This document shows positions 1 through 8,076 of a stretch of DNA of 64,000 nt, piece by piece. A model generated the notes under the pieces. That model ran no database searches. It was given only the letters and a program-made list of their open reading frames with translations, and was not told the origin of the DNA. The DNA lies in the NCBI GenBank assembly GCA_965221775.1, contig CBDCSU010000005.1, forward strand, positions 736,001 to 800,000, written 5' to 3'. Source of the stretch: Candidatus Latescibacterota bacterium (GTDB taxonomy: Bacteria > Latescibacterota > UBA2968 > UBA8231). Every line of letters starts with the position of its first letter. Position 1 is the first letter of the stretch. The translations under genes and the position numbers were made by a program.

Positions 1-882
1 GGCCGCCTGCAGCGGGAGTTCACCCCGCCCCAACTCGCCGAACTGAAGGACATGGCGGACGGCAAGTCCTTCCCCGATCTCGCCCGCGATCTGCTCAACG
101 CCTGTGATCCCGACGCCCAGCTCAAGGCCGCCCAAGAGCAGTTCGCGACAAGAAGCCCCACCGAGGAGGAGATCGAGCAGGCCGGCAAGCAGCTCGCCCG
201 GGAGGCGGTGACGCCCTTCCTCAACGCCGCCTTCCGCCGCCGCATCCTTGAGATCCGCCAGCAGAACGAGCAGACCATCGACCGCCACACCATCGACGAT
301 GTGCTCTACTCCGGCTTCGACGCCGCCGCCGTCGAGAAGGCGCGGGCCAAGGTGCAGGACTTCCGCGCCTGGATCGAGGACCACAAGGACGAACTCATGG
401 CTCTCCAAGTGCTATACGCCGGGACCCGTCCGCTCAGGCTGTCCCTCAGGGACCTGCGCGAGTTGAGAGATGCCCTGAGCCGGCCGCCCATTTCCGCCAG
501 TCCGGTCCAGTTGTGGCGCGCCTTCGAGGCGGTAGAGGCGGACAAGGTCGAGGGGCAAGGCGGATTCCAACTGGCGGATCTCGTCAACCTCGTGCGTCAC
601 GCCCTGGTCCCGAGCCGGACACTGGCCCCGTATCGGGAGGAGTTGGACCAGCGCTACCAGGCGTGGCTGCGGGAACGGGACGCCGACAACGCCTTCACCC
701 CCGAGCAGCGGCAGTGGCTCGACCGCATGGCCGAGCACATCGCCACGAGCCTGGCCATCGAGCGGGAAGACTTCGAGACAGGATGGTTCGGACAGCAGGG
801 CAGCCTCGGGCGGGCGCACGCGCTGTTCGGCGAGGAACTGAAACCGCTGATGACGGAGTTGAACGAGAGGCTGGCGGCGTGA
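1..882 (+). CDS. hsdR: Type I restriction enzyme R subunit, C-terminal part (EcoEI-R C-terminal-like domain); 5'-truncated by window edge
   Basis: Frame is open from base 1. Helical C-terminus (FTPEQRQWLDRMAEHIATSL...GSLGRAHALFGEEL) is typical of Type I HsdR C-terminal domains. Lies next to hsdS and hsdM. Confidence 0.85.
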   Translation, partial: GRLQREFTPPQLAELKDMADGKSFPDLARDLLNACDPDAQLKAAQEQFATRSPTEEEIEQAGKQLAREAVTPFLNAAFRRRILEIRQQNEQTIDRHTIDDVLYSGFDAAAVEKARAKVQDFRAWIEDHKDELMALQVLYAGTRPLRLSLRDLRELRDALSRPPISASPVQLWRAFEAVEADKVEGQGGFQLADLVNLVRHALVPSRTLAPYREELDQRYQAWLRERDADNAFTPEQRQWLDRMAEHIATSLAIEREDFETGWFGQQGSLGRAHALFGEELKPLMTELNERLAA

Positions 883-894
883 GCCTGCTACCCG

Positions 895-900
895 TATAAT
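895..900 (+). promoter_or_regulatory. Putative sigma70 -10 box (TATAAT) for the DUF433-hsdS unit
   Basis: Perfect TATAAT 23 nt upstream of the ATG at 924, followed by an AAAGGA SD. No good -35. Confidence 0.45.
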
Positions 901-923
901 CCTTCCGCGCAAAAGGAAGATAT

Positions 924-1535
924 ATGGTCACGGCGAAAGAACTGACGGATTCCTGGTCGGCGAACGAAGCGGCCTGCGTCACCGGCGTCCCCCTGAAGCA
1001 GGTGCACCGCATCATCGACACCGGTCTATTGGCTGACGCGGTCGAGATCCGCAACGGTGCGCGCTTTGTCCTCGGCGCCGGCCTCGTCGGCCTGAAGCTG
1101 GCCCATCAGATGGGTCCCGTCCTGACCCGCGAAGGGCGGCGGCGGCTGATCCGGCACCTCATCGACAAGCCGGCTGCCGAGGCCGTGCGCGACGAAGCCC
1201 TTTCCATCGACGTGCGGCCCATGGCGGAGGAGGTGCGCCGTGGTATCGCCAAGCTGGCACGGGCGAAGCAGATGGCCGAGGTCGACGACCGGGTCCTTGG
1301 CGGCACGCCCTGCTTCAAGGGGACGCGCATCCCGATTCACGATATCGCCGCGATGCTCACCAACGGCGACACCGTGGCTGAACTCCAGGCCGCCTACCCA
1401 AGGTTGACCGAGGCGCAGATCACGGCCGCGCCCCTGTATGCCCAAGCCTATCCGCGCCGCGGCCGTCGTCCGCAGGCACTCCCGTGGAGAGGGAAGCGCC
1501 CTGTCTCCTCGTCGGTGATCGGCTTCGACGATTGA
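924..1535 (+). CDS. DUF433-domain antitoxin-like protein with N-terminal HTH
   Basis: Contains VLGGTPCFKGTRIPIHDIAAMLTNGDTVAELQAAYPRLTEAQI (DUF433 pattern). N-terminal MerR-like HTH (EAACVTGVPLKQVHRIID). Confidence 0.8.
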   Translation: MVTAKELTDSWSANEAACVTGVPLKQVHRIIDTGLLADAVEIRNGARFVLGAGLVGLKLAHQMGPVLTREGRRRLIRHLIDKPAAEAVRDEALSIDVRPMAEEVRRGIAKLARAKQMAEVDDRVLGGTPCFKGTRIPIHDIAAMLTNGDTVAELQAAYPRLTEAQITAAPLYAQAYPRRGRRPQALPWRGKRPVSSSVIGFDD

Positions 1536-3289
1536 TGACGGAACTTAGCGAAAGGAGGGACCGCGTGAGCGAGGGTCCGGGACTTCCGGCGGGATGGTCG
1601 GCTACTCCCCTTGGTGAAGTCGCAACTATCAATCCTCCGTTTGACCGGAGCACCATCGACGATGATACAGAGGTGTGTTTTGTCCCCATGCGTGCGGTGG
1701 CAGCCGAAGGTGCCGGTTTGGTCTCCCCAGAGACACGCCAGTACCGCGATGTGAGAAAGGGCTACACCGCGTTCTTGTCCGGCGATGTAATCATGGCGAA
1801 GATCACACCGTGCGCGGAGAACGGCAAGACGACCGTTGTGCCTGACGTCCCCGGCGAGGTGTGTTTCGGCTCAACGGAGTTCCATACGATCCGACCGGAA
1901 CGGGGCGTGCAGGCGGAGTGGATAGAGCAGTTTCTCTTGCAGCACGAGACCCGTCGGAACGCCCAGCGGGCAATGACAGGTGGTGTAGGACAAATGCGAG
2001 TGCCCGCGGCATTTCTCAAGACTGCCACAATTCCGCTCGCACCGACGGCCGAGCAATCCCGCATCGGCGAAGCACTCGACGAACTGTTCTCCGATCTGCA
2101 CGCCGGCGTCACGGCGCTGCAACGGGCACGGGAGAAGCTGAGTCTCTATCGCGCCGCGGTGCTGAAGGCCGCGGTGGAAGGATCGCTCACCGCCGAGTGG
2201 CGACAGCGGAATCCACCGATCGAATCGGGCGGCGAACTCCTGAAGCGAATCCTCGTGGAACGCCGGCGGCGCTGGGAGAAGGATCAGATCCGCAAGTTTC
2301 ACGAGAAGGGGAAGACGCCGCCGAGGAACTGGAAGGCTAGGTACAAGGAACCGGTCGCGCCCGATGTTGCAGAGTTGCCGGCGCTGCCCCCGGGGTGGTG
2401 CTGGGCGAGTTTCGATCAGATTGGTAGTGTACAAGGAGGCATTCAGAAGACGCCTGCTCGTGCACCCAGAGAGACCCATTACCCCTATCTTCGGGTCGCG
2501 AACGTCCATCGAGGTTCATTGGACCTCTCCAATCTACATCGCTTCGAGATGACGACGGAGGAGCTTGGTAGACTGCGACTGGAGCCGGGAGACATCCTTG
2601 TCGTGGAGGGAAATGGAAGCCGCACCGAGATTGGCAGGTGTGCGATTTGGTCCGGCGAGGTCGCAGACTGCGTTCATCAGAATCACATCATCCGGGTTCG
2701 TCCATTCGACGGATCTCTTCCAAGGTATCTTGACATCTTTCTGAATTCGCCTACGGGGCAGCTAGCGATTCAGAATGTGGCAAGTTCTACAAGTGGCCTT
2801 TACACGCTCAGCATTACCAAGATCAAGAGACTGCCACTCCCACTCCCCTCGATGACCGAACAGGAGGTCGTCGTTGAAGCTGTCGAAGACCAGCTCTCCA
2901 CCATCGAGCACCTCGAAGCCGACATCGAGACCAAGCTGGAGAGCGCCCAAGCCCTCCGCCAAGCCATTCTGAAGCACGCCTTCAGCGGCAAGCTGGTGCC
3001 CCAGGATCCAAACGATCAACCCGCCTCCGAGATCTTGGAGCGAATCGCCGCGGAGCGGGAAGCACACGAGGAAAAAGCCGCCTCGGCAAAGCGACCGGCA
3101 GGGGCCGCCGGCAAGGCGCGCCGGCGCCGGCGCTCCCGGACTCCGCAACGGCGTGGCGGCATCGACTTCGACAAGCTGGAGACCGAGCGCCGTCCTCTCG
3201 GAATCAAGGGAGACGAAGAGAGGTGGCCCAAGGAATTCGACGATCCGACGTTCAGCCGCCAAGTGCTGGGACTCGAGGAAGAGGAATAG
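1535..3289 (+). CDS. hsdS: Type I RM specificity subunit HsdS with an atypical C-terminal extension
   Basis: Two TRD repeats (LPAGWSATPLGEV...IPLAPTAEQ; LPPGWCW...LPLPSMTEQ) and conserved RQAILKHAFSGKLVPQDP. Start codon overlaps the upstream stop (TGATG). Confidence 0.92.
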   Translation: MTELSERRDRVSEGPGLPAGWSATPLGEVATINPPFDRSTIDDDTEVCFVPMRAVAAEGAGLVSPETRQYRDVRKGYTAFLSGDVIMAKITPCAENGKTTVVPDVPGEVCFGSTEFHTIRPERGVQAEWIEQFLLQHETRRNAQRAMTGGVGQMRVPAAFLKTATIPLAPTAEQSRIGEALDELFSDLHAGVTALQRAREKLSLYRAAVLKAAVEGSLTAEWRQRNPPIESGGELLKRILVERRRRWEKDQIRKFHEKGKTPPRNWKARYKEPVAPDVAELPALPPGWCWASFDQIGSVQGGIQKTPARAPRETHYPYLRVANVHRGSLDLSNLHRFEMTTEELGRLRLEPGDILVVEGNGSRTEIGRCAIWSGEVADCVHQNHIIRVRPFDGSLPRYLDIFLNSPTGQLAIQNVASSTSGLYTLSITKIKRLPLPLPSMTEQEVVVEAVEDQLSTIEHLEADIETKLESAQALRQAILKHAFSGKLVPQDPNDQPASEILERIAAEREAHEEKAASAKRPAGAAGKARRRRRSRTPQRRGGIDFDKLETERRPLGIKGDEERWPKEFDDPTFSRQVLGLEEEE

Positions 3290-3332
3290 GCAGCCGACCA
3301 GCACCGACATCACACTCAGGAACATCGCTTCC

Positions 3333-3614
3333 ATGGAACTATCCTTGCAGGAGGCCGAGACCCGTCTCGCGGAGTTGGTCGCCGCAGCCCAAAAGGGCGA
3401 ACGTGTGGTCATTACGAAGGACGGTGAGCCCGCCGTTCAACTCGTGCGCTGTGAAAAAGAGCAGCGGCGCGGTTTCGACTGGGACCGGCTGAACGAGATC
3501 CGTCGCCGACTCGGGATCAAGGACGCCCCCACGGAAGAAGCAGAGGCGATGATAGCCGCCTTTCACGACTCCGCCCTCAGCCGCCGCGTGCTGGGACTTG
3601 AGGACGAGGAATAG
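3333..3614 (+). CDS. Phd/YefM-family antitoxin (copy 1)
   Basis: MELSLQEAETRLAELVAAAQKGERVVITKDGEPAVQLV matches the Phd N-terminal DNA-binding pattern. Confidence 0.85.
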   Translation: MELSLQEAETRLAELVAAAQKGERVVITKDGEPAVQLVRCEKEQRRGFDWDRLNEIRRRLGIKDAPTEEAEAMIAAFHDSALSRRVLGLEDEE

Positions 3615-3800
3615 GCTGACGGCCATGCAACATTGTCCGGGAGCGCCACGCAGAGTACAAACCGAAGCACGGTATGATGAGGACCCACCACGGGCGGCGT
3701 GCCTCAGACGTGGCGGCAAACGGTAGATCGATGCGGCGCCTGGATTCAACGAGGAATGAAGGCCACCTGTGAACCCTTCCCACGGACAAGGCAAAGGCAA

Positions 3801-4016
3801 GTGCTTCAACGTACTTATGTAGACTTGCCGTGCCCTGTTTGCAGTTACACCATGTCTGTTCAGATCAGATCAATCTGCCTTGAGGAATTAGTGTTCTGTC
3901 CCTGCTGTAAGGTGCAGGTAGATTTGATAGACGAGAGTGGCGGGATACAGCGAGCCTGTGACAATCTGTCATCGTCCCTATCGGGAATAGGCCAACCTCT
4001 GACGCTTGAATTGTAG
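3801..4016 (+). CDS. Small Zn-ribbon protein (CPVC...CPCC)
   Basis: Two CxxC motifs in about 71 aa. Lower GC. Stops 10 nt before the next gene. GTG start is inferred. Confidence 0.55.
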   Translation: MLQRTYVDLPCPVCSYTMSVQIRSICLEELVFCPCCKVQVDLIDESGGIQRACDNLSSSLSGIGQPLTLEL

Positions 4017-4026
4017 AGGATTCTCT

Positions 4027-4995
4027 GTGCTCTACCTTCGTAATCTTCGAGTGAAGTTGCAGGAGAAAAGTAATCGGGTTCGCCGGACCGCATACCAGTC
4101 CTATAGGGTGGAACTCCGTTTCTTTCTGGAATTCCTCCAGTCGAATCCCTACACGAAGTCTCTGTTGGAGACTTTGCCTGAGATCAACTATAACGACCTC
4201 TGTAAGAACCTTCCGGAGCAAGGCATAGGCGGTGGGTACTTTGAGTTCACCCAGTCAGAAGCGGAGAGGGCGAAGTTCTTCTATTTGATCCTATCTGACT
4301 GCATTGAAGACTCAGATCGTCCAATCAGATGGGCTCACCGGTTCAGTAACGAACAGCAGTTTGACGCCATGCTTCAGGACTTTAATGAAGCGGTTCTTGA
4401 TCCTCTCGTGAGCTATTTGCACGAGAGGATTGAAGATTCTGGCAACCTGCTGTATGTGCTTGAGCGGTTCAAGATGAAGGTGGAGTGGTTTCGAGCACAG
4501 GAGTATTACGAACTCTACGAGGCTGGTGGAGAAGCCGCCATGAACCGTGCTCTTCGGGAATCTCTCTTTGATGGCGGTGTTGAGTATCCTTTCTCTGAGC
4601 CTGTTTCCCCATCAGGGAAGACAGATGTTCTATCCCTGCTTGATTCAGAAGATCCCTTGGTTCTTGAGGTCAAAGTCTTCGATGGTCAGAGTAGGCGTGT
4701 GAGCGGTGTGTCTCAGGGGTTTCATCAATTGACGCGGTACGCTCATGACTTTAATCAGAGTGTGGGATACCTGGTTGTGTTCAACTGTTCGGATGTGCCA
4801 TTGATTCTCCCGTCAGATCAGCCGTCGGACCAACTTGAATTCCCTCCTCGTATCTTGCATGAGGGTAATACTTACTTCCTCTTGCCTATTGATATAGGGC
4901 CAAATCGACCTAGTGCGAGTAAAGAGAAGCCTGGAGATCGACAGGTAGTTACCCGCGAGATGCTCTTCGCTGCCAAAGAGGAGGAGGCTCTATGA
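4027..4995 (+). CDS. Uncharacterised protein with C-terminal PD-(D/E)XK restriction-like nuclease domain
   Basis: SGKTDVL...LVLEVKVF...QLTRYA...GYLVVFN nuclease pattern. AGAGGA SD precedes the GTG at 4027. Lower GC than flanks. Confidence 0.65.
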   Translation: MLYLRNLRVKLQEKSNRVRRTAYQSYRVELRFFLEFLQSNPYTKSLLETLPEINYNDLCKNLPEQGIGGGYFEFTQSEAERAKFFYLILSDCIEDSDRPIRWAHRFSNEQQFDAMLQDFNEAVLDPLVSYLHERIEDSGNLLYVLERFKMKVEWFRAQEYYELYEAGGEAAMNRALRESLFDGGVEYPFSEPVSPSGKTDVLSLLDSEDPLVLEVKVFDGQSRRVSGVSQGFHQLTRYAHDFNQSVGYLVVFNCSDVPLILPSDQPSDQLEFPPRILHEGNTYFLLPIDIGPNRPSASKEKPGDRQVVTREMLFAAKEEEAL

Positions 4996-5056
4996 AGGTC
5001 GACGACTGTTCAGAAGGCCCGGCTGCACCTGCATCACACATTCAGGAGCATGGACC

Positions 5057-5344
5057 ATGGAACTGTCCCTGCATGAGGCGGAGACCCGCCTCGCCGAGTT
5101 AGTGACCGCCGCCGAAAACGGCGAACGGGTGGTGATTACGAAGGGCGGGGAGCCGGCCGTTCAACTCGTGCGCTGTCAACGAACGCAGCGCCGCGGTATT
5201 GACTGGGACCGGCTGAACGACATCCGTCGCGAACTCGGGATCAAGGACGCCTCTCCGGAAGAGGTGGCCGCCTGGAAGGCGGACTTCGAAGACGCGGCCT
5301 TCAGCCGTCGAGTGCTCGGTCTCGACGGTGAGGAAACGGCATAG
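5057..5344 (+). CDS. Phd/YefM-family antitoxin (copy 2)
   Basis: Close paralog of 3333..3614 (MELSLHEAETRLAELV...GERVVITKGGEPAVQLV). Confidence 0.85.
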   Translation: MELSLHEAETRLAELVTAAENGERVVITKGGEPAVQLVRCQRTQRRGIDWDRLNDIRRELGIKDASPEEVAAWKADFEDAAFSRRVLGLDGEETA

Positions 5345-5350
5345 GGACGC

Positions 5351-6856
5351 ATGGACGCATCCCAGATCGGCCAGCGAGCCTGGAACTACGCCGGCGTCCT
5401 GCGGGACGACGGGCTCTCCTGCTTCGAGTACGTCGAGCAGCTGACCCTGCTGCTCTTCCTCAAGATGGCGGACCAGCTCACCGAGCCCCCCCACGACCGC
5501 TCAGCCCTCGTGCCCCCGGAGGTCGGCTGGAAAGCGCTGCTGCCGCTCGACGGCGCGGCCTTGGAGGACCAGTATCGCAAGAGCCTGGAGATGCTGGGAG
5601 CCGAGGACGGAATGCTCGGAGTCATCTTCCGGGGGGCCCGCTGCGAGATCCGCAACCCGGCACGGCTCAAGCAGCTCATCGCGAACCTGATCGATCAGGT
5701 GGACTGGCTGTCCCTGCCCGTGGACGTGAAGGGCACGATCTACGAGGAGCTGCTCTCCCGCTCGGCGCAGGAGTCCTCGCGCGGCGCCGGCCAGTACTTC
5801 ACCCCGCGCCCAGTCATCCAGGCCATGTGCGAGGTCATGCAGCCGACCCCCGAGGACCGCATCTGCGATCCGGCCTCGGGCACGGGCGGCTTCCTGTGCA
5901 ACGCCTATCAGTACGTCCTGGACCGGCACGGAAGCGGACTCGACCGCGACGAGAAGCGGGCGCTCCAGACTGATCTTGTCGAGGGCATGGAGATCTCGCC
6001 CAAGGTCGGTCGCATGTGCGCGATGAACCTCTACCTGCACGGCATCGGCGGCGAGAAGGTGGTCGTGCATACCGGCCACGACAGTCTCTTGGCGCCGTGG
6101 GGAAGCGAGTACTCGATGGTCCTCGCCAATCCGCCCTTCGGCAAGAAGCAGAGCCTGCTCTTCGTCAACGAGGAAGGAGACACGGAGAAGGAGGACTCGG
6201 TCGTCGTGCGCGAGGACTTCTGGACCTCCACCAGCAACAAGCAGCTCAACTTCGTGCAGCACATCTACAGCCTGCTGAAGATCGACGGCCGCGGCGCCGT
6301 GGTGCTCCCGGACAATGTGCTCTTCGAGGGCGGCGCGGGGGAGAGGGTGCGCCGCAACCTGCTGGAGAAGTGCCGCGTCCACACCTTGCTGCGCCTGCCC
6401 ACCGGCATCTGGTACTCCCCCGGCGTCAAGGCCAACGTGGTCTTCTTCGACAAGAAGGAGGGCCGGGCCGAGGCCTGGACCGACCGCCTGTGGGTCTACG
6501 ACCTGCGCACCAACCTGCACTTCACGCTGAAGCAGAAACCGATCCAGCGGCAGGACTTCGATAACTTCGTCGAGTGCTACAAGCCAGGGGCGCTGCACGA
6601 GCGGGCGGAGACCTGGAGCGAAGACAACCCGGACGGCCGCTGGCGCTACTATGACTACGGGGACCTGCTGAAGCGGGACAAGCTGAGCCTCGACCTGTTC
6701 TGGATCAAGGACGAGAGCCTGACCGACACCGACTCGCTGCCGGCGCCCGACGTCATCGCCGCGGAGATCGCCGACGACCTCGAGGCGGCCCTGGAGCAGT
6801 TCACCCGGATCTCGGAGCGGTTGGGCGAGATCGAGACGGACACGGGGCGAGGGTAG
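5351..6856 (+). CDS. hsdM: Type I RM N6-adenine methyltransferase HsdM
   Basis: GAGQYFTPR, motif I DPASGTGGF, motif IV NPPF, plus the N-terminal HsdM_N region (YVEQLTLLLFLKM). Confidence 0.95.
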   Translation: MDASQIGQRAWNYAGVLRDDGLSCFEYVEQLTLLLFLKMADQLTEPPHDRSALVPPEVGWKALLPLDGAALEDQYRKSLEMLGAEDGMLGVIFRGARCEIRNPARLKQLIANLIDQVDWLSLPVDVKGTIYEELLSRSAQESSRGAGQYFTPRPVIQAMCEVMQPTPEDRICDPASGTGGFLCNAYQYVLDRHGSGLDRDEKRALQTDLVEGMEISPKVGRMCAMNLYLHGIGGEKVVVHTGHDSLLAPWGSEYSMVLANPPFGKKQSLLFVNEEGDTEKEDSVVVREDFWTSTSNKQLNFVQHIYSLLKIDGRGAVVLPDNVLFEGGAGERVRRNLLEKCRVHTLLRLPTGIWYSPGVKANVVFFDKKEGRAEAWTDRLWVYDLRTNLHFTLKQKPIQRQDFDNFVECYKPGALHERAETWSEDNPDGRWRYYDYGDLLKRDKLSLDLFWIKDESLTDTDSLPAPDVIAAEIADDLEAALEQFTRISERLGEIETDTGRG

Positions 6857-6981
6857 AGGCCGGGCCGGGCACACTTCCGGCCTTGGGCATCACCAGCAAC
6901 TGGCAGGCACGGCTGGAGGCTGCTACCGAAGTCTTAGAGAGTTCAAGTAGTTTCGTAAACGGAAAGGGAGGGCTTACCCCA

Positions 6982-7287
6982 ATGGGTTTGATTGAGAAAC
7001 TCCTGCGGCTCTTCAAGCAGCAGGACGCAAAGGAGAAGCAGGGAGACGCACAGGAATTGACGGAAGCAGGGGATTTGACCGAAGAGGTTCTGGAGCTTCT
7101 CAAGCAGTGGGACGCCGAGGGAAAGCCCTTTCCTCACAAGACGAAGATAGCAGCGGATACCGGGCATACCGTAGAGGCTGTAGAAGAAGCCGTAAGGGAA
7201 ATATCCCGAAGTCGGCTACTGCGGAGTCCTCAGAGAACGGACCAATTCTCCGTTAGGGAATGGGCTGATATGGGGATAAGCGAATGA
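6982..7287 (+). CDS. Hypothetical protein, possible winged-helix
   Basis: GGGAGG SD. Lower GC. HTH-like segment KTKIAADTGHTVEAVEEAVREI. Confidence 0.5.
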   Translation: MGLIEKLLRLFKQQDAKEKQGDAQELTEAGDLTEEVLELLKQWDAEGKPFPHKTKIAADTGHTVEAVEEAVREISRSRLLRSPQRTDQFSVREWADMGISE

Positions 7288-7334
7288 CCATCTCTTTCGC
7301 CCCTGTGGGGCTGTCTGGCAATCCGTGAGGCCCG

Positions 7335-7397
7335 GCAGCGCTGGCGCAGTTCACGCGGGTCGCGGAGCGGCTGGGCGAGACCGCCTCCGCACCGTGA
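7335..7397 (+). repeat. Diverged second copy of the hsdM 3' end
   Basis: 7335-7380 matches 6785-6830 at 39/46 nt. Reads AALAQFTRVAERLGETASAP* versus AALEQFTRISERLGE in hsdM. Confidence 0.75.
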
Positions 7398-7446
7398 CCG
7401 GCGCCGTTCTCGGCACACACCACAACCCACAATGAGGAGGTGCACC

Positions 7447-8040
7447 ATGCCCGCTCGTATCACCAGTCCCCGGCAGGCCCTGCACGCAAGGCCCTTGTTG
7501 CGGCTGCCGCTGATCGGAGTCTCCATGGCTCTGATGGCTTGCGGCGAAGACGCAGACCCGGTCTCCCCGAGTCCCGGTCCGGCCGTCGCCGTCGCCGCCA
7601 TGGAGCCGGCCAACGACAGCGGCATGACCGGAAGGGTGACCTTCACCCAGAGGGGCGATGCCATCGAGTTCCTCATCGAGGTGGAGAACGTCGCTCCGGG
7701 CGAACACGCCGTTCACATCCACGAGAAAGGGGATTGCAGCGCCGCGGACGGGACCTCGGCCGGCGGCCACTGGAACCCAACCGACGTCGCCCACGGGAAG
7801 TGGGGGGAAGGCGAGTTCCATCTCGGGGACATCGGCAATATGACCGTCGGCGACGATGGCAAGGGCGCCCTTGGACTGACGACGGACCTCTGGGAGCTGG
7901 ACACGGGGTCCGACCGGGATGTCCTGGGCAAGGCCATGATCGTCCATGAGGGAGCCGACGATTTCACCTCGCAGCCTTCGGGCGCCGCGGGGCCGCGAAT
8001 CGGCTGCGGTGTGATCGCGCTGCACACCGGCGGCAGTTGA
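7447..8040 (+). CDS. sodC: Cu/Zn superoxide dismutase, probable lipoprotein
   Basis: HAVHIHE, GGHWNP, HLGDIGN, IVHE and RIGCG motifs. LMAC lipobox. GAGGAGG SD. Confidence 0.93.
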   Translation: MPARITSPRQALHARPLLRLPLIGVSMALMACGEDADPVSPSPGPAVAVAAMEPANDSGMTGRVTFTQRGDAIEFLIEVENVAPGEHAVHIHEKGDCSAADGTSAGGHWNPTDVAHGKWGEGEFHLGDIGNMTVGDDGKGALGLTTDLWELDTGSDRDVLGKAMIVHEGADDFTSQPSGAAGPRIGCGVIALHTGGS

Positions 8041-8076
8041 TCTCTGGCTCTTCCGGGAATCGGCCGCGGGAGCCCG

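Noticed and set aside
1535-3289. Phase-variable (shufflon-type) hsdS
   Set aside because: No second hsdS or silent TRD, no inverted repeats, no recombinase and no simple-sequence tract was found.
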